DNA of 64,000 bases from an uncultured Mollicutes bacterium (GTDB lineage Bacteria; Bacillota_I; Bacilli_A; RF39; UBA660), in contig UQQI01000001.1 of the NCBI GenBank assembly GCA_900543055.1, forward strand, positions 14,350-78,349, written 5' to 3'. Shown here piece after piece: positions 7,510 through 17,124 of this stretch. The notes beneath the pieces were generated by a model. The model was not told the DNA's origin. It searched no databases and saw only the letters and a list, made by a program, of their open reading frames with translations. Made by a program: the position numbers and the translations under genes. Each line of letters starts with the position of its first letter. Within the stretch, counting starts at the first letter, position 1.

Positions 7510-8640
7510 ATGATATATTTAGATTATGCATCCGCAACTCCTGTGGATAAAGAAGTATTAGATGTTTATAATGAAACTAGCAATAAATATTATGCTAATC
7601 CGAATTCAATACATCCTTTAGGAATAAAGTCAAAAGAAAAATTAGATACTACAACGAAAGAAATTGCACACTTGTTAAATGTCGAAAAAGAAGAAATAAT
7701 TTATACAAGTGGAGCAACTGAGTCAAATAATTTAGTAATAAAAGGAATTGCTAATAGATATAAAAACTATGGTAAACATTTACTATTAAGTTCATTAGAG
7801 CATCAATCATTAATAGCTCCTGCAACAAAGCTTCAAGAACAAGGTTTTGAAGTAGAATTAATACCTGTAGATTCAAAAGGTAGAGTTGATTTAGAAGAAT
7901 TAAAATATCTACTAAGAGATGATACAATTCTTGTAAGTGTTACATCAGTGGACTCTGAACTCGGAATTATTCAACCAATAAATGAGATTGGAGCACTATT
8001 AAAAGAATATAAGCACTGTATATTTCACACAGATGCTTCTCAAGCTATTGGTAAGATTGATTTAAATTTAGAAAATGTTGATTTAGTAACAATAGCACCA
8101 CATAAATTTTATGGACTTAACGGAACTGGATTATTGATAAAGAAAAAAGGTATTGAACTATCTCCAATAATAGATGGGGGAAGATCAACTACAGTATATA
8201 GAAGTGGAACACCTGTACTTCCTGAAATAACAGCACTTTGTAAAGCACTACAAATTGCATTGAATAATCAAAAGGAAAGAATAGAATATGTGGAAAGATT
8301 AAATAATGTAATAATAGAAAAATTAAAAAGTTATAAAAATATTCATATAAATTCAAATGAGTATTCAATAAAAAACATTATAAATATTAGTATAAGTGGA
8401 ATAAAATCAACAGAATTTGTGGATTACATGGGAAAAAATAACATATGTATTTCAGCAAAAACATCATGTTGTCCAGTAGAGACACCATCAAAATTAGTTT
8501 ACGCCTTAACAAAAAGTAAAGAATTATCAACAACGTCACTTAGAATAAGTCTTTCACATTTAACCACGAAAGAAGAAATAGATGAATTTATAAAAATATT
8601 TGATAAAGGATATAGGGAGTTTTTAAATGGAAAAATATAA
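7510..8640 (+). CDS. Cysteine desulfurase (class V aminotransferase, NifS/IscS-like)
   Basis: RBS AAAAAGGAG precedes ATG 7510 (MIYLDYASATP…). PLP-lysine motif TIAPHKFYGLNGTG. C-terminal SAKTSCC active-site-like cysteine. The ORF track start at 7345 is probably too far upstream. Confidence 0.7.
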   Translation: MIYLDYASATPVDKEVLDVYNETSNKYYANPNSIHPLGIKSKEKLDTTTKEIAHLLNVEKEEIIYTSGATESNNLVIKGIANRYKNYGKHLLLSSLEHQSLIAPATKLQEQGFEVELIPVDSKGRVDLEELKYLLRDDTILVSVTSVDSELGIIQPINEIGALLKEYKHCIFHTDASQAIGKIDLNLENVDLVTIAPHKFYGLNGTGLLIKKKGIELSPIIDGGRSTTVYRSGTPVLPEITALCKALQIALNNQKERIEYVERLNNVIIEKLKSYKNIHINSNEYSIKNIINISISGIKSTEFVDYMGKNNICISAKTSCCPVETPSKLVYALTKSKELSTTSLRISLSHLTTKEEIDEFIKIFDKGYREFLNGKI

Positions 8641-9457
8641 AGAAATTGAAAGAAGTATAATAAAAACATATAGAAAAGATATTTGGTCAAGGTTTATAAA
8701 GGCAGTAATTGATTATCAACTAATAAATGAAGGAGACAACATCATGGTATGTATTAGTGGAGGAAAGGACTCATTTTTACTTGCTAAATGTATACAAGAG
8801 TTACAACGCCATGGTAAATACAAGTTTAATGCTCACTACGTAGTAATGGACCCAGGATATAATGAATACAATCGTTCTTTTATTGAAGATAACGCAAAAA
8901 TATTAAATGTACCAGTAGAATTTTTTGAAAGTGACATTTTTGACGTTGTTGAAAAAATGGATTCAAAAAGTGCTTGCTACATGTGTGCTAGAATGAGAAG
9001 AGGATTCCTATACAAGAAAGCACAAGAATTAGGATGTAATAAAATAGCTCTCGGTCATCAATTTGATGATGTAATCGAAACAACACTTCTATCAATGTTT
9101 TATGCATCAGAAATAAAAACAATGCTTCCAAAACTTCATTCTGATAATTTTGAAGGAATTGAATTAATAAGACCACTATATTTAGTAAAAGAGCAATCTA
9201 TAATTACTTGGAAAAAACATAATGAATTAACATTTATAAATTGTGCATGTAGATTTACAGAAGGATGTTCATTAATAAATGATGGAACAAGTAAAAGAAA
9301 AGAAGTAAAAGAATTAATAAAAAGACTAAAAAGAACTTCTCCAAATATAGATGAACATATATTTAAAGCACTTGATAATATAAGTATGGATTGTATCTTA
9401 GGATGGAGAAATGGAAAAGACCATCATTCATTCTTAGAGAAATATGATAAAAAATAA
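8627..9457 (+). CDS. ttcA: PP-loop ATPase of the TtcA/TtuA tRNA thiolation family
   Basis: PP-loop CISGGKDS. CxxC (SACYMCARMRR) and a second Cys pair (NCACRF). Pairing with the adjacent cysteine desulfurase fits tRNA sulfur transfer. Confidence 0.65.
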   Translation: MEKYKEIERSIIKTYRKDIWSRFIKAVIDYQLINEGDNIMVCISGGKDSFLLAKCIQELQRHGKYKFNAHYVVMDPGYNEYNRSFIEDNAKILNVPVEFFESDIFDVVEKMDSKSACYMCARMRRGFLYKKAQELGCNKIALGHQFDDVIETTLLSMFYASEIKTMLPKLHSDNFEGIELIRPLYLVKEQSIITWKKHNELTFINCACRFTEGCSLINDGTSKRKEVKELIKRLKRTSPNIDEHIFKALDNISMDCILGWRNGKDHHSFLEKYDKK

Positions 9458-9458
9458 A

Positions 9459-9487
9459 AAAGGAGCCAAACTAAAGCTCCTTTATCT
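9459..9487 (+). terminator. Putative terminator after the ttcA-like gene
   Basis: Stem AAGGAGC/GCTCCTT with a 9-nt loop. The downstream U-tract is weak. Confidence 0.35.
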
Positions 9488-9630
9488 ATATACAGAGGAT
9501 CTTCACACTACATAGTGAACCTTCCTCAATAATAATATATGTAAAAACAAAAAAATAATACATGTTTTTGTAAAGTTGAATAAAAAATATAAAATATGAT
9601 AAACTATTGTTAATAGATAGGAGAATAAAT

Positions 9631-10729
9631 ATGGAACTAAAAGAACAAAGAAAATCACTTGAAATAAATTTAGAAACAATAACTAACTTATGGAGGTCAC
9701 TTTGACATCGATACAAAAATAAAGAAAATAGAAGAACTTCAAAAACAGACAGAAAACCTTAATTTTTGGAATGACCGCGAAAATGCTGAAAAAGTACTAA
9801 GAGAATTAAATGATTTAAAAGATACAGTCAATAAAGTATCATCTATAAAAGAAGATATAAATAGTAACTTAGAAGTAATAAATCTACTTGAATTAGAAGA
9901 AGATAATGACTTATATAATGAAGTTATATTAAATTCAGAAAAAATAAATAAAGAAACAGAAGAATTAAATAAATTATTACTTTTAAGTGGGCCATATGAT
10001 AAAAATGATTGTATTTTAGAAATACATCCTGGAGCTGGTGGTACAGAGTCATGCGATTGGGCTAATATGCTATATAGAATGTATACAAGATACTGTGAAA
10101 ATCATAATTACAAAATAACAATACTTGATTACCAAGCAGGTGATGAAGCGGGGATAAAAAGTGTATCTCTATTAATAAAAGGTATAAATGCTTATGGTTA
10201 TTTAAAAAATGAAAAAGGGGTTCACAGACTTGTAAGATTATCACCTTTTGACTCTAACAATAGAAGACATACATCATTTGCATCAGTAGAAGTTACACCA
10301 GATATTGATAAAGATGTTGATGTAGAAATAGATGATAAAGATTTAAAAATTGATGTATATCGTTCAACAGGAGCAGGAGGGCAAGGAGTAAATACAACAG
10401 ACTCAGCAGTAAGAATTACACATTTACCAACAAAGATTGTAGTTACATGTCAAAATGAACGAAGCCAAATTCAAAATAAAGAACAAGCAATGAGAGTGTT
10501 AAAAAATAAGTTATTGTTATTAAAAATGGAAGAGCAAGAACAAGAATTAAATAAAATTAAGGGAGAACAAATGAATATAAACTTTGGCTCTCAAATAAGA
10601 AGTTACGTAATGCATCCATATTCAATGGTAAAGGATCACAGAACAAATAAAGAAACAAGCAATGTTTCAAAAGTACTAGATGGAGATATAGACGAATTTA
10701 TAGAAGAAAATTTAAAAAAGGGGCTATAA
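9631..10729 (+). CDS. prfB: Peptide chain release factor 2, with a programmed +1 ribosomal frameshift at CTT TGA C (TGA at 9703-9705)
   Basis: ORF0 (ATG 9631, MELKEQRKSLEINLETITNLWRSL) ends at an in-frame TGA that is preceded by the internal SD-like GGAGG and the canonical CUU UGA C slippery site. The +1 frame continues (DIDTKIKKIEELQ…) into the RF2 C-terminal ORF with the GGQ motif (RSTGAGGQGVNTTDSAVRITHLPT). Confidence 0.9.
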
Positions 10730-10730
10730 T

Positions 10731-11612
10731 ATGAATATATTTTCTAAAAATAGAGATTTAAAATTTGTAAATTATATTAATAAAAAAACATATAAAAAAA
10801 GACTTCTTCAGTTTATTACAGGTTGTTTTATAATATCTGTTGCTTATAATATGTTTATTGCACCAAATGATTTAGTACCCGGAGGAGTAGGCGGAATAGC
10901 TATTATCATAAATAACCTATTTGGAATAAATAATGCTTTGTCAGTTTTAATATTAAATATAACATTATTAATAACTAGTTATTTCTTACTTGGAAAAGAA
11001 AAAACAAAAGCATCTATTTTAGGTTCGATACTATTTCCAATATTTATAAGTTTAACTGAATATATACATGTTTATTTTCAATTAGATACTTCAAAACTAT
11101 TATTAAATGCTATTTTTGGAGGAATGTTATATGGTTTTGGAGCAGGACTTGTATTTAAAGCAGGATTTACAACAGGTGGAACAGATATTGTTAATCAAAT
11201 AATTTCTAAATATTTTAAAACAAGTCTTGGAAAAAGTATGCTATTTAGTGATGGACTTATAGTATTATGTTCAGGTCTATTCTTTGGGATAAATAGTATG
11301 CTATATTCTATAATAATATTATACATAATAAGCTTAATGTCAGATAGAGTAGTACTTGGAACTTCTGATAATAAAATGTTTTATATAGTAACTAAGAAAG
11401 ATGAAGAAGTAAAAGAATTTATTTTAAAATATTTAAATCATGGAGTAACAATATTTAAAGGAAAAGGTGGCTATAGTAAAAATAATGAGAATGTTTTAAT
11501 GGCAGTTCTTCCTACAAAAGATTATTACAGATTAAAAGAAGGAATAAATGAAATTGATAAAGATGCCTTCTTTATAGTAACAGACTCTTATGAAGTATTT
11601 GGAGGAGAGTAG
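10731..11612 (+). CDS. YitT family membrane protein (DUF161 plus C-terminal DUF2179)
   Basis: Multi-TM N-terminal region with a GGxGG motif (VPGGVGGIAII) and a C-terminal DUF2179-like domain (KGKGGYSKNNENV…FFIVTDSYEVFGG). Confidence 0.65.
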   Translation: MNIFSKNRDLKFVNYINKKTYKKRLLQFITGCFIISVAYNMFIAPNDLVPGGVGGIAIIINNLFGINNALSVLILNITLLITSYFLLGKEKTKASILGSILFPIFISLTEYIHVYFQLDTSKLLLNAIFGGMLYGFGAGLVFKAGFTTGGTDIVNQIISKYFKTSLGKSMLFSDGLIVLCSGLFFGINSMLYSIIILYIISLMSDRVVLGTSDNKMFYIVTKKDEEVKEFILKYLNHGVTIFKGKGGYSKNNENVLMAVLPTKDYYRLKEGINEIDKDAFFIVTDSYEVFGGE

Positions 11613-11613
11613 T

Positions 11614-12471
11614 ATGGAAAATATTTTAGATGTGATAAGAAAAAAGAAACAATTATATAGAATAATTTTAATGGGAGCATCCCTTTTCTTGAGTGCAATT
11701 TTATATAATGTATTTTTATTACCATTAAGTTTAGTAACCGGAGGAACACAAGGTGTTGCAACAATTACACATTATCTATATGGTATAAATCCTGCCACAA
11801 TGCTTTTCTTATTATCACTTGCTTGTGCAATATTAAGTCTTATGTTCTTAGGAGTAAAAAGAACAGCAGGAACATTAGTAGCAAGTATAGTTTATCCACT
11901 TCTTGTACAGTTAACCTCCCCATTAAATGGATTAATAGATGCAGAAAACATAGACATGTTATTAATGGTTTTATTTGCTGGAGTAATAAGTGGAGTTGCG
12001 AATGGACTAATGTATAAAACAGGCTATAGTAATGGAGGTTTCCCAGTAATAAGTCAAATTCTTTTTGAAGAAAAACAAGTACCAATAAGTAAATCTTCCC
12101 TAGCAATAAATGTATCTATTGTTTTAGTTGGAGCTTACTTTTTTGGAATAACTAATGCCCTATACGCAATCATATTCTTATATATAAATGGTATTGTATT
12201 AGATAAAGTATTACTTGGAATATCTAACAATAAAGCTTTCTACATAATTACAAGTAAAGATGATGAAATAAAAGAATATATTATAGAAACGCTAAAACAC
12301 AATGTAACAACCTTTGAAGTAAAAGGTGGTTTCTTAGATAAGAATAGAAAAGTAATGTTAACTGTTATTCCTTCAAGAGAATATTACAGGGTTACAGAAG
12401 GTATAAAAGAAATAGATAAAGATGCTTTCTTTGTAGTAACAGATTCATATACTGTAGAGGGAGCTAAATAA
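11614..12471 (+). CDS. YitT family membrane protein, tandem paralog of the preceding gene
   Basis: RBS GGAGGAG precedes ATG 11614. Same architecture (VTGGTQGVATI … VKGGFLDKNRKV … FFVVTDSYTVEG). Confidence 0.65.
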   Translation: MENILDVIRKKKQLYRIILMGASLFLSAILYNVFLLPLSLVTGGTQGVATITHYLYGINPATMLFLLSLACAILSLMFLGVKRTAGTLVASIVYPLLVQLTSPLNGLIDAENIDMLLMVLFAGVISGVANGLMYKTGYSNGGFPVISQILFEEKQVPISKSSLAINVSIVLVGAYFFGITNALYAIIFLYINGIVLDKVLLGISNNKAFYIITSKDDEIKEYIIETLKHNVTTFEVKGGFLDKNRKVMLTVIPSREYYRVTEGIKEIDKDAFFVVTDSYTVEGAK

Positions 12472-12489
12472 CGTAAAACAGGATGTAAA

Positions 12490-12519
12490 GTAAGGTTAAA
12501 GAATAGCCTTACTTTTTTT
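12490..12519 (+). terminator. Rho-independent terminator after the YitT pair
   Basis: Stem GTAAGG/CCTTAC with an 11-nt loop, followed by TTTTTTT. Confidence 0.5.
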
Positions 12520-12532
12520 ATGTCAAAATATA

Positions 12533-12541
12533 TGTTATAAT
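12533..12541 (+). promoter_or_regulatory. Extended -10 promoter element (TGtTATAAT) upstream of ftsE
   Basis: TGTTATAAT at 12533-12541. The -35 element is weak (T-rich). Confidence 0.35.
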
Positions 12542-12569
12542 TAAATAACTAAGGTGGTGATAAAGGTAG

Positions 12570-13268
12570 ATGGATTTAATAAGAGTAAAAAATGTCGAAA
12601 AAAAATATAAAAATGGAGTAACAGCCATCTATGATTTAAACTTAGCGATAGAAAAAGGATCGTTTGTCTTTGTAATTGGAGGATCGGGTAGTGGAAAATC
12701 AACACTAATAAAAATGCTATATAGAGAAGAAAAACCGACAAAAGGACAAGTAATAGTAGGAGGCCTTGATGTTGCAAAACTTAGAAATTCTAAAGTATAT
12801 AAATTACGAAGAAAACTAGGTATTGTATTTCAAGATTATAGATTGTTACCAAAGTTAACAGTATATGAAAATGTTGCATTTGCTTTAGAGTGTATTGGTG
12901 AGAAAAAAGATATTATTAGAAAAAAAGTATTAAAAGCTTTGGAAGATGTAGGACTAAAGAATAAGGTTCACAACTATCCAGATCAATTATCAGGAGGAGA
13001 ACAGCAACGTGTTGCAATAGCACGTGCGATTGTAAATAACCCAAAGTTATTATTGTGTGATGAACCAACAGGAAACTTAGATCCAGAAAAAAGTATGGAA
13101 ATAATGAAAGTTCTAGATGATATTAATAAAAACAGAGGCACAACCATTATTATGGCAACTCATGATAAAGATATAGTTAATAAAATGAAAAAACAAGTGT
13201 TAACATTAAAAGATGGACACTTAGTAAACTATAAACAGAAAGGAACATATAATAATGAAAGCGCTTAG
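12570..13268 (+). CDS. ftsE: Cell division ATP-binding protein FtsE
   Basis: Walker A GGSGSGKST, signature LSGGEQQRVAIARA, Walker B LLLCDEPTGNLD. 232 aa, immediately upstream of ftsX. Confidence 0.85.
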   Translation: MDLIRVKNVEKKYKNGVTAIYDLNLAIEKGSFVFVIGGSGSGKSTLIKMLYREEKPTKGQVIVGGLDVAKLRNSKVYKLRRKLGIVFQDYRLLPKLTVYENVAFALECIGEKKDIIRKKVLKALEDVGLKNKVHNYPDQLSGGEQQRVAIARAIVNNPKLLLCDEPTGNLDPEKSMEIMKVLDDINKNRGTTIIMATHDKDIVNKMKKQVLTLKDGHLVNYKQKGTYNNESA

Positions 13269-14154
13269 AATGTTAACAAGAAGCATAAGAGATGCTTTTA
13301 AAAGTGTAGTAAGAAACTTTAGTTTGTCTCTAGCATCAATTTCCTGTATAACGATAACTCTAATAATAGTTGCTCTAGCAATAATAGCGTCATTTAATGT
13401 TGATAATTTTACTAAAGAAATAGAAAAAGATATGACTATAGTTGTATTTATGGATAATGAATCAACAGACGATGATATAAAAGACGCAGAAACAAGAATA
13501 AAGAAGTTATCAAACGTAGAAAAATATACATACCAATCTAAAGTAGATGTAAAAGAACAAATGCAAAGTGAGTCAGATGTATTCAAAGCAGTTCTTGATG
13601 AATGGGATGAAGATGAGTCTCCATTAAAAGACACATTACAAATAAAGGTAAAGGATGTCACAAAAATAAAAGATACTGCAAATAAAATAAAAAATATGGA
13701 CCATGTATCAGTGGTAAGATATGGTGAGGGTTATGTAGATAAAATGGTAACAGCATTCTCATCAATTGAAAAAGTAACTTATGGTATAGTTGTTGCCTTA
13801 ATAGTAGTAACAATATTCTTAATTATAAATACTATTAAATTAACAATATCAGCAAGACATAGAGAAATAGAAATAATGAGAGTTGTAGGAGCAAGTAACA
13901 TTTCAATAAAAATTCCATTTATTATTGAAGGAATGATATTAGGACTATTTGGTTCAATAGTACCAGTACTAGTGACAACTTATGGATATTTAGCTTTCTA
14001 TAAACATTTCGATGGATATCTATTCTCAGAATTAATAAAATTAATTACACCAGAACCATTTATATATCAAACATCATTAATAGTAATAGTAATCGGAGTA
14101 CTAGTTGGTATGGTAGGTAGTGCTAGTGCTGTTAGAAAGTACTTAAAAATCTGA
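13255..14154 (+). CDS. ftsX: Cell division permease-like protein FtsX
   Basis: One N-terminal TM helix, an extracellular domain, then three C-terminal TM helices. Overlaps ftsE. Typical ftsEX arrangement. Confidence 0.8.
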   Translation: MKALRMLTRSIRDAFKSVVRNFSLSLASISCITITLIIVALAIIASFNVDNFTKEIEKDMTIVVFMDNESTDDDIKDAETRIKKLSNVEKYTYQSKVDVKEQMQSESDVFKAVLDEWDEDESPLKDTLQIKVKDVTKIKDTANKIKNMDHVSVVRYGEGYVDKMVTAFSSIEKVTYGIVVALIVVTIFLIINTIKLTISARHREIEIMRVVGASNISIKIPFIIEGMILGLFGSIVPVLVTTYGYLAFYKHFDGYLFSELIKLITPEPFIYQTSLIVIVIGVLVGMVGSASAVRKYLKI

Positions 14155-15314
14155 TGACAAAAAGATTAAAAAACTTCTTTGTAATATTACTTCTTGTATC
14201 AATAAGTACACTACCGCTTAATGCAAAGGCAGTAACATTACAAGAATATGAAAATGAAGTTGCTAAATATCAAGCACAAATAAATGAAAAAAAAGCTCAA
14301 CTTGCTAAAAACAATGAAACAATAGCAAGTGTTCAAGCTAAAATAAAATATTATCAGTCACAAATTACAAAAAATGAAGAAGAACAACAAAAATTACAAG
14401 AAGAAATTGATAAATCAAATGAAGAAATTAAGAAAAAAACTGCTGAGTCAAAAAAACTAGTTGAATATTATCAAATTTCTAATGGAAGTAATACATACTT
14501 TGAATATATCTTTGGAGCAACTTCAATAACTGATATGATATATAGAATGTCTGTAGTAGAACAATTAACTGATTATAATGATAAAATTATGAAAGAATTA
14601 AACAAGTTAATTGAAAAAAATAAGAAAAATCAAGTTGATTTAAAAAATAAAAAAGAAGAATTAAAAAAATTAAAAGCAAATCAAGAAACTGAACAAAAAA
14701 AGATTGAACAAGATAGTAAGAATATTGAAGGAACAATTCCAAATATTGAAGGAGATTTAAAAACTGCACAAGCAAGAGTTACATATTATAAAAATAAAGG
14801 ATGTAAATCAAGTGACAGAATTGGTGTTGATTGTGATAGACCAAAACCAGTTACTCCATCAGGAGGAGGTTCATCAGGAGGAAACATAATATCAGCTAAT
14901 GGATTTACATTCCCAGTAAGTGGAGGACATATTTCACAAAGTTATGGAAATAGAGGTCATAAAGGTGTAGATATTGGAAAAGGCTGTGGAGCACCAATAA
15001 AAGCAGTAGCAGCAGGAAGAGTTTACTATGTAGGAAATACCTTGGATAATTATGGAGCAAAAATGGTAATAATAGTTCATAATGTAAATGGAAGGTTAGT
15101 ATTCTCACAATATGCACACTTAAGTGGATACGCAGTAAGTTCTGGACAAGATGTAAGTGTAGGTCAAACTATTGGATATATGGGTAATACAGGTTACTCA
15201 TTTGGATGTCACTTACACTTAGAAATGTCAGAAGATTATGGATGGAATTACAATTCATCATATTATACTTACATAAAACACATAATAAATCCATTCAAGT
15301 ATGTACCATATTAA
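14154..15314 (+). CDS. Secreted coiled-coil plus M23 peptidase (EnvC/PcsB-analogous FtsEX-associated murein hydrolase or activator)
   Basis: Signal peptide MTKRLKNFFVILLLVSISTLPLNAKA. About 180 aa of heptad coiled coil. C-terminal M23 motifs GHKGVDIG…AGRVYYVG…HLHLEM. Start overlaps the ftsX stop (TGATG). Confidence 0.75.
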   Translation: MTKRLKNFFVILLLVSISTLPLNAKAVTLQEYENEVAKYQAQINEKKAQLAKNNETIASVQAKIKYYQSQITKNEEEQQKLQEEIDKSNEEIKKKTAESKKLVEYYQISNGSNTYFEYIFGATSITDMIYRMSVVEQLTDYNDKIMKELNKLIEKNKKNQVDLKNKKEELKKLKANQETEQKKIEQDSKNIEGTIPNIEGDLKTAQARVTYYKNKGCKSSDRIGVDCDRPKPVTPSGGGSSGGNIISANGFTFPVSGGHISQSYGNRGHKGVDIGKGCGAPIKAVAAGRVYYVGNTLDNYGAKMVIIVHNVNGRLVFSQYAHLSGYAVSSGQDVSVGQTIGYMGNTGYSFGCHLHLEMSEDYGWNYNSSYYTYIKHIINPFKYVPY

Positions 15315-15323
15315 AAATAAATT

Positions 15324-15354
15324 GAATATTTAGGAAACTAAATATTCTTTTTTT
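15324..15354 (+). terminator. Rho-independent terminator after the ftsEX-M23 operon
   Basis: Perfect 10-bp stem GAATATTTAG/CTAAATATTC with a GAAA loop, followed by TTTTTTT. Confidence 0.65.
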
Positions 15355-15363
15355 CTATATAAA

Positions 15364-15392
15364 TTAAAAAATATAAAGAAATAAGGTATAAT
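15364..15392 (+). promoter_or_regulatory. Promoter TTAAAA-N17-TATAAT
   Basis: -35 at 15364-15369, -10 TATAAT at 15387-15392. Lies upstream of the 15410 gene. Confidence 0.4.
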
Positions 15393-15409
15393 ATAAATAG
15401 AGGTGCAGT

Positions 15410-15766
15410 ATGATTAAAATTCTAATAATTGTTTATATAACATCTTTTTATTTATCATTACCGGGTTTCTTTAGTAAAGCAGGATATAATTCTTTATCTG
15501 GTTTAATACCAATCTATAATTTATATATTTTATTCCAAATATTAGAAATAAAACCAATTACCTTAATAATTATAAGTTTAGGCTTAATATTTTCCTCAGA
15601 TAGAGCTTATTTTGGAACACTATTATTTATATTTATTCCTTTTATGTTAGCAGATGCTTATGATAAAGGTAAAGTCATAGGATTCCTTTGTTTCCTATTT
15701 CCATTTATATTTTACCCATTACTTGCTTATTTTATAGGAACTTATAGATATGACATGGAGGATTAG
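15410..15766 (+). CDS. Small hydrophobic membrane protein of unknown function (118 aa)
   Basis: RBS-like AGAGGTG. Three or four predicted TM helices. I recognise no motif. Confidence 0.4.
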   Translation: MIKILIIVYITSFYLSLPGFFSKAGYNSLSGLIPIYNLYILFQILEIKPITLIIISLGLIFSSDRAYFGTLLFIFIPFMLADAYDKGKVIGFLCFLFPFIFYPLLAYFIGTYRYDMED

Positions 15767-16660
15767 ATGAGATATTTTAAGAGAAATAAAATTTTTACTA
15801 TAATATTAATTGTAATATCGGTATTTATTTATACAAATTACACAAGAATAATAGAACCAAATCCAAAGATTAATAGAAAAAGCAGTTTATACGTAAATGA
15901 TATATACATGTCGGATGGTAGAATATATAATAATTATTTAAATAAAAGTGAGAAAACGGCCTATAATACATTATTAAAAATAACAAAACAAAGAAAAACA
16001 TCAGAAAAAATAATAAAACAAGAAGATGAGACATTAGATAAATTAATTAGTGATTATACTACAGCAAACCAAGCAATTTGGATAGAACATCCGGAATTAA
16101 TAAGTTATGCAACGTTTTCTTATCGATATAGAGATGATTCAAACTATATAGAATTATCTCCAATATATGCGATTAACAATCCGATAGAAGAAGAAATAAA
16201 CACTTTGTTAATAGAAAGAAAAATTGATAAAATAAAACAAGCAACAAAAAATATGTCTGATTTAGAAAAAATAAAGTACGTTTATGAGTGGATTGGAGAC
16301 AACGCCTATTATGATAAACTATTTACTGGAAGTTCTAAGAATCAATCTATATATAATGTTTTTATAAAAGGAAATGCAGTTTGCGCTGGTTTTGCCAAAA
16401 CAAGTCAAGTAATTTTTCAAAATATAGGTATTGAATCTATGATTATAACAGGATATTCGACAGGAAATCATATGTGGAACGTAATTAAATACAATGGAAA
16501 ATACTATTATTATGATTCAACCTATGCTGCGAGTATAAGAGATAAAACAAATAAAAATTATTATGATGGCTTAAAACAAGATAAAATGAATTACTATACT
16601 ATCGATTATGCAAATTGGTATCCAAAAATTGAAACTGAAAATGCATTATATAAAAAGTAG
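15767..16660 (+). CDS. Membrane-anchored transglutaminase-like cysteine protease domain protein
   Basis: N-terminal TM anchor. Transglutaminase core Cys-His-Asp arrangement (NAVCAGFAKT … GNHMWNV … YYYYDST). Confidence 0.55.
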   Translation: MRYFKRNKIFTIILIVISVFIYTNYTRIIEPNPKINRKSSLYVNDIYMSDGRIYNNYLNKSEKTAYNTLLKITKQRKTSEKIIKQEDETLDKLISDYTTANQAIWIEHPELISYATFSYRYRDDSNYIELSPIYAINNPIEEEINTLLIERKIDKIKQATKNMSDLEKIKYVYEWIGDNAYYDKLFTGSSKNQSIYNVFIKGNAVCAGFAKTSQVIFQNIGIESMIITGYSTGNHMWNVIKYNGKYYYYDSTYAASIRDKTNKNYYDGLKQDKMNYYTIDYANWYPKIETENALYKK

Positions 16661-16668
16661 GTGGTAAA

Positions 16669-17124
16669 ATGAATAATAAATTAGAAAGATTTATAGAAGC
16701 ACAAGAAAAATCTTATGAAGAAGCTTTAAAAGAAATTAAAAATGGCAGAAAAGAAACTCATTGGATGTGGTATATTTTCCCACAAATTACTGGTTTAGGT
16801 ATGACTTATATATCAAATTATTATTCAATAAAAAGTATTGAAGAAGCAGAAGAATATTTAAAAAACATACAACTAAGAACAAACTTAGAAGAAATAACAA
16901 AGGAACTTTTAAAATTAAAAACAAATGATTCAGAACAGTTATTAGGACCAATTGACTCATTAAAATTAAAATCTTCAATGACTCTATTCGACTATATTGA
17001 ACCAGATACAATATACAATTTAGTTTTACAAAAATACTATAGTGGAGAAAAAGACAATAAAACATTAGAAATACTAAGTAAAATGTCAAAAGAAAAAGTA
17101 AATATATTAAGGAGAAATCAATGA
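16669..17124 (+). CDS. DUF1810 family protein
   Basis: HWMWYIFPQ motif characteristic of DUF1810. 151 aa. Confidence 0.55.
   Translation: MNNKLERFIEAQEKSYEEALKEIKNGRKETHWMWYIFPQITGLGMTYISNYYSIKSIEEAEEYLKNIQLRTNLEEITKELLKLKTNDSEQLLGPIDSLKLKSSMTLFDYIEPDTIYNLVLQKYYSGEKDNKTLEILSKMSKEKVNILRRNQ

Noticed and set aside
9486-9716. 76-aa minus-strand ORF overlapping the prfB start and upstream region
   Set aside because: Antisense to the prfB leader and ORF0. Low complexity.
12541-12777. 78-aa minus-strand ORF over the ftsE start
   Set aside because: Antisense to ftsE. Poly-Leu translation.
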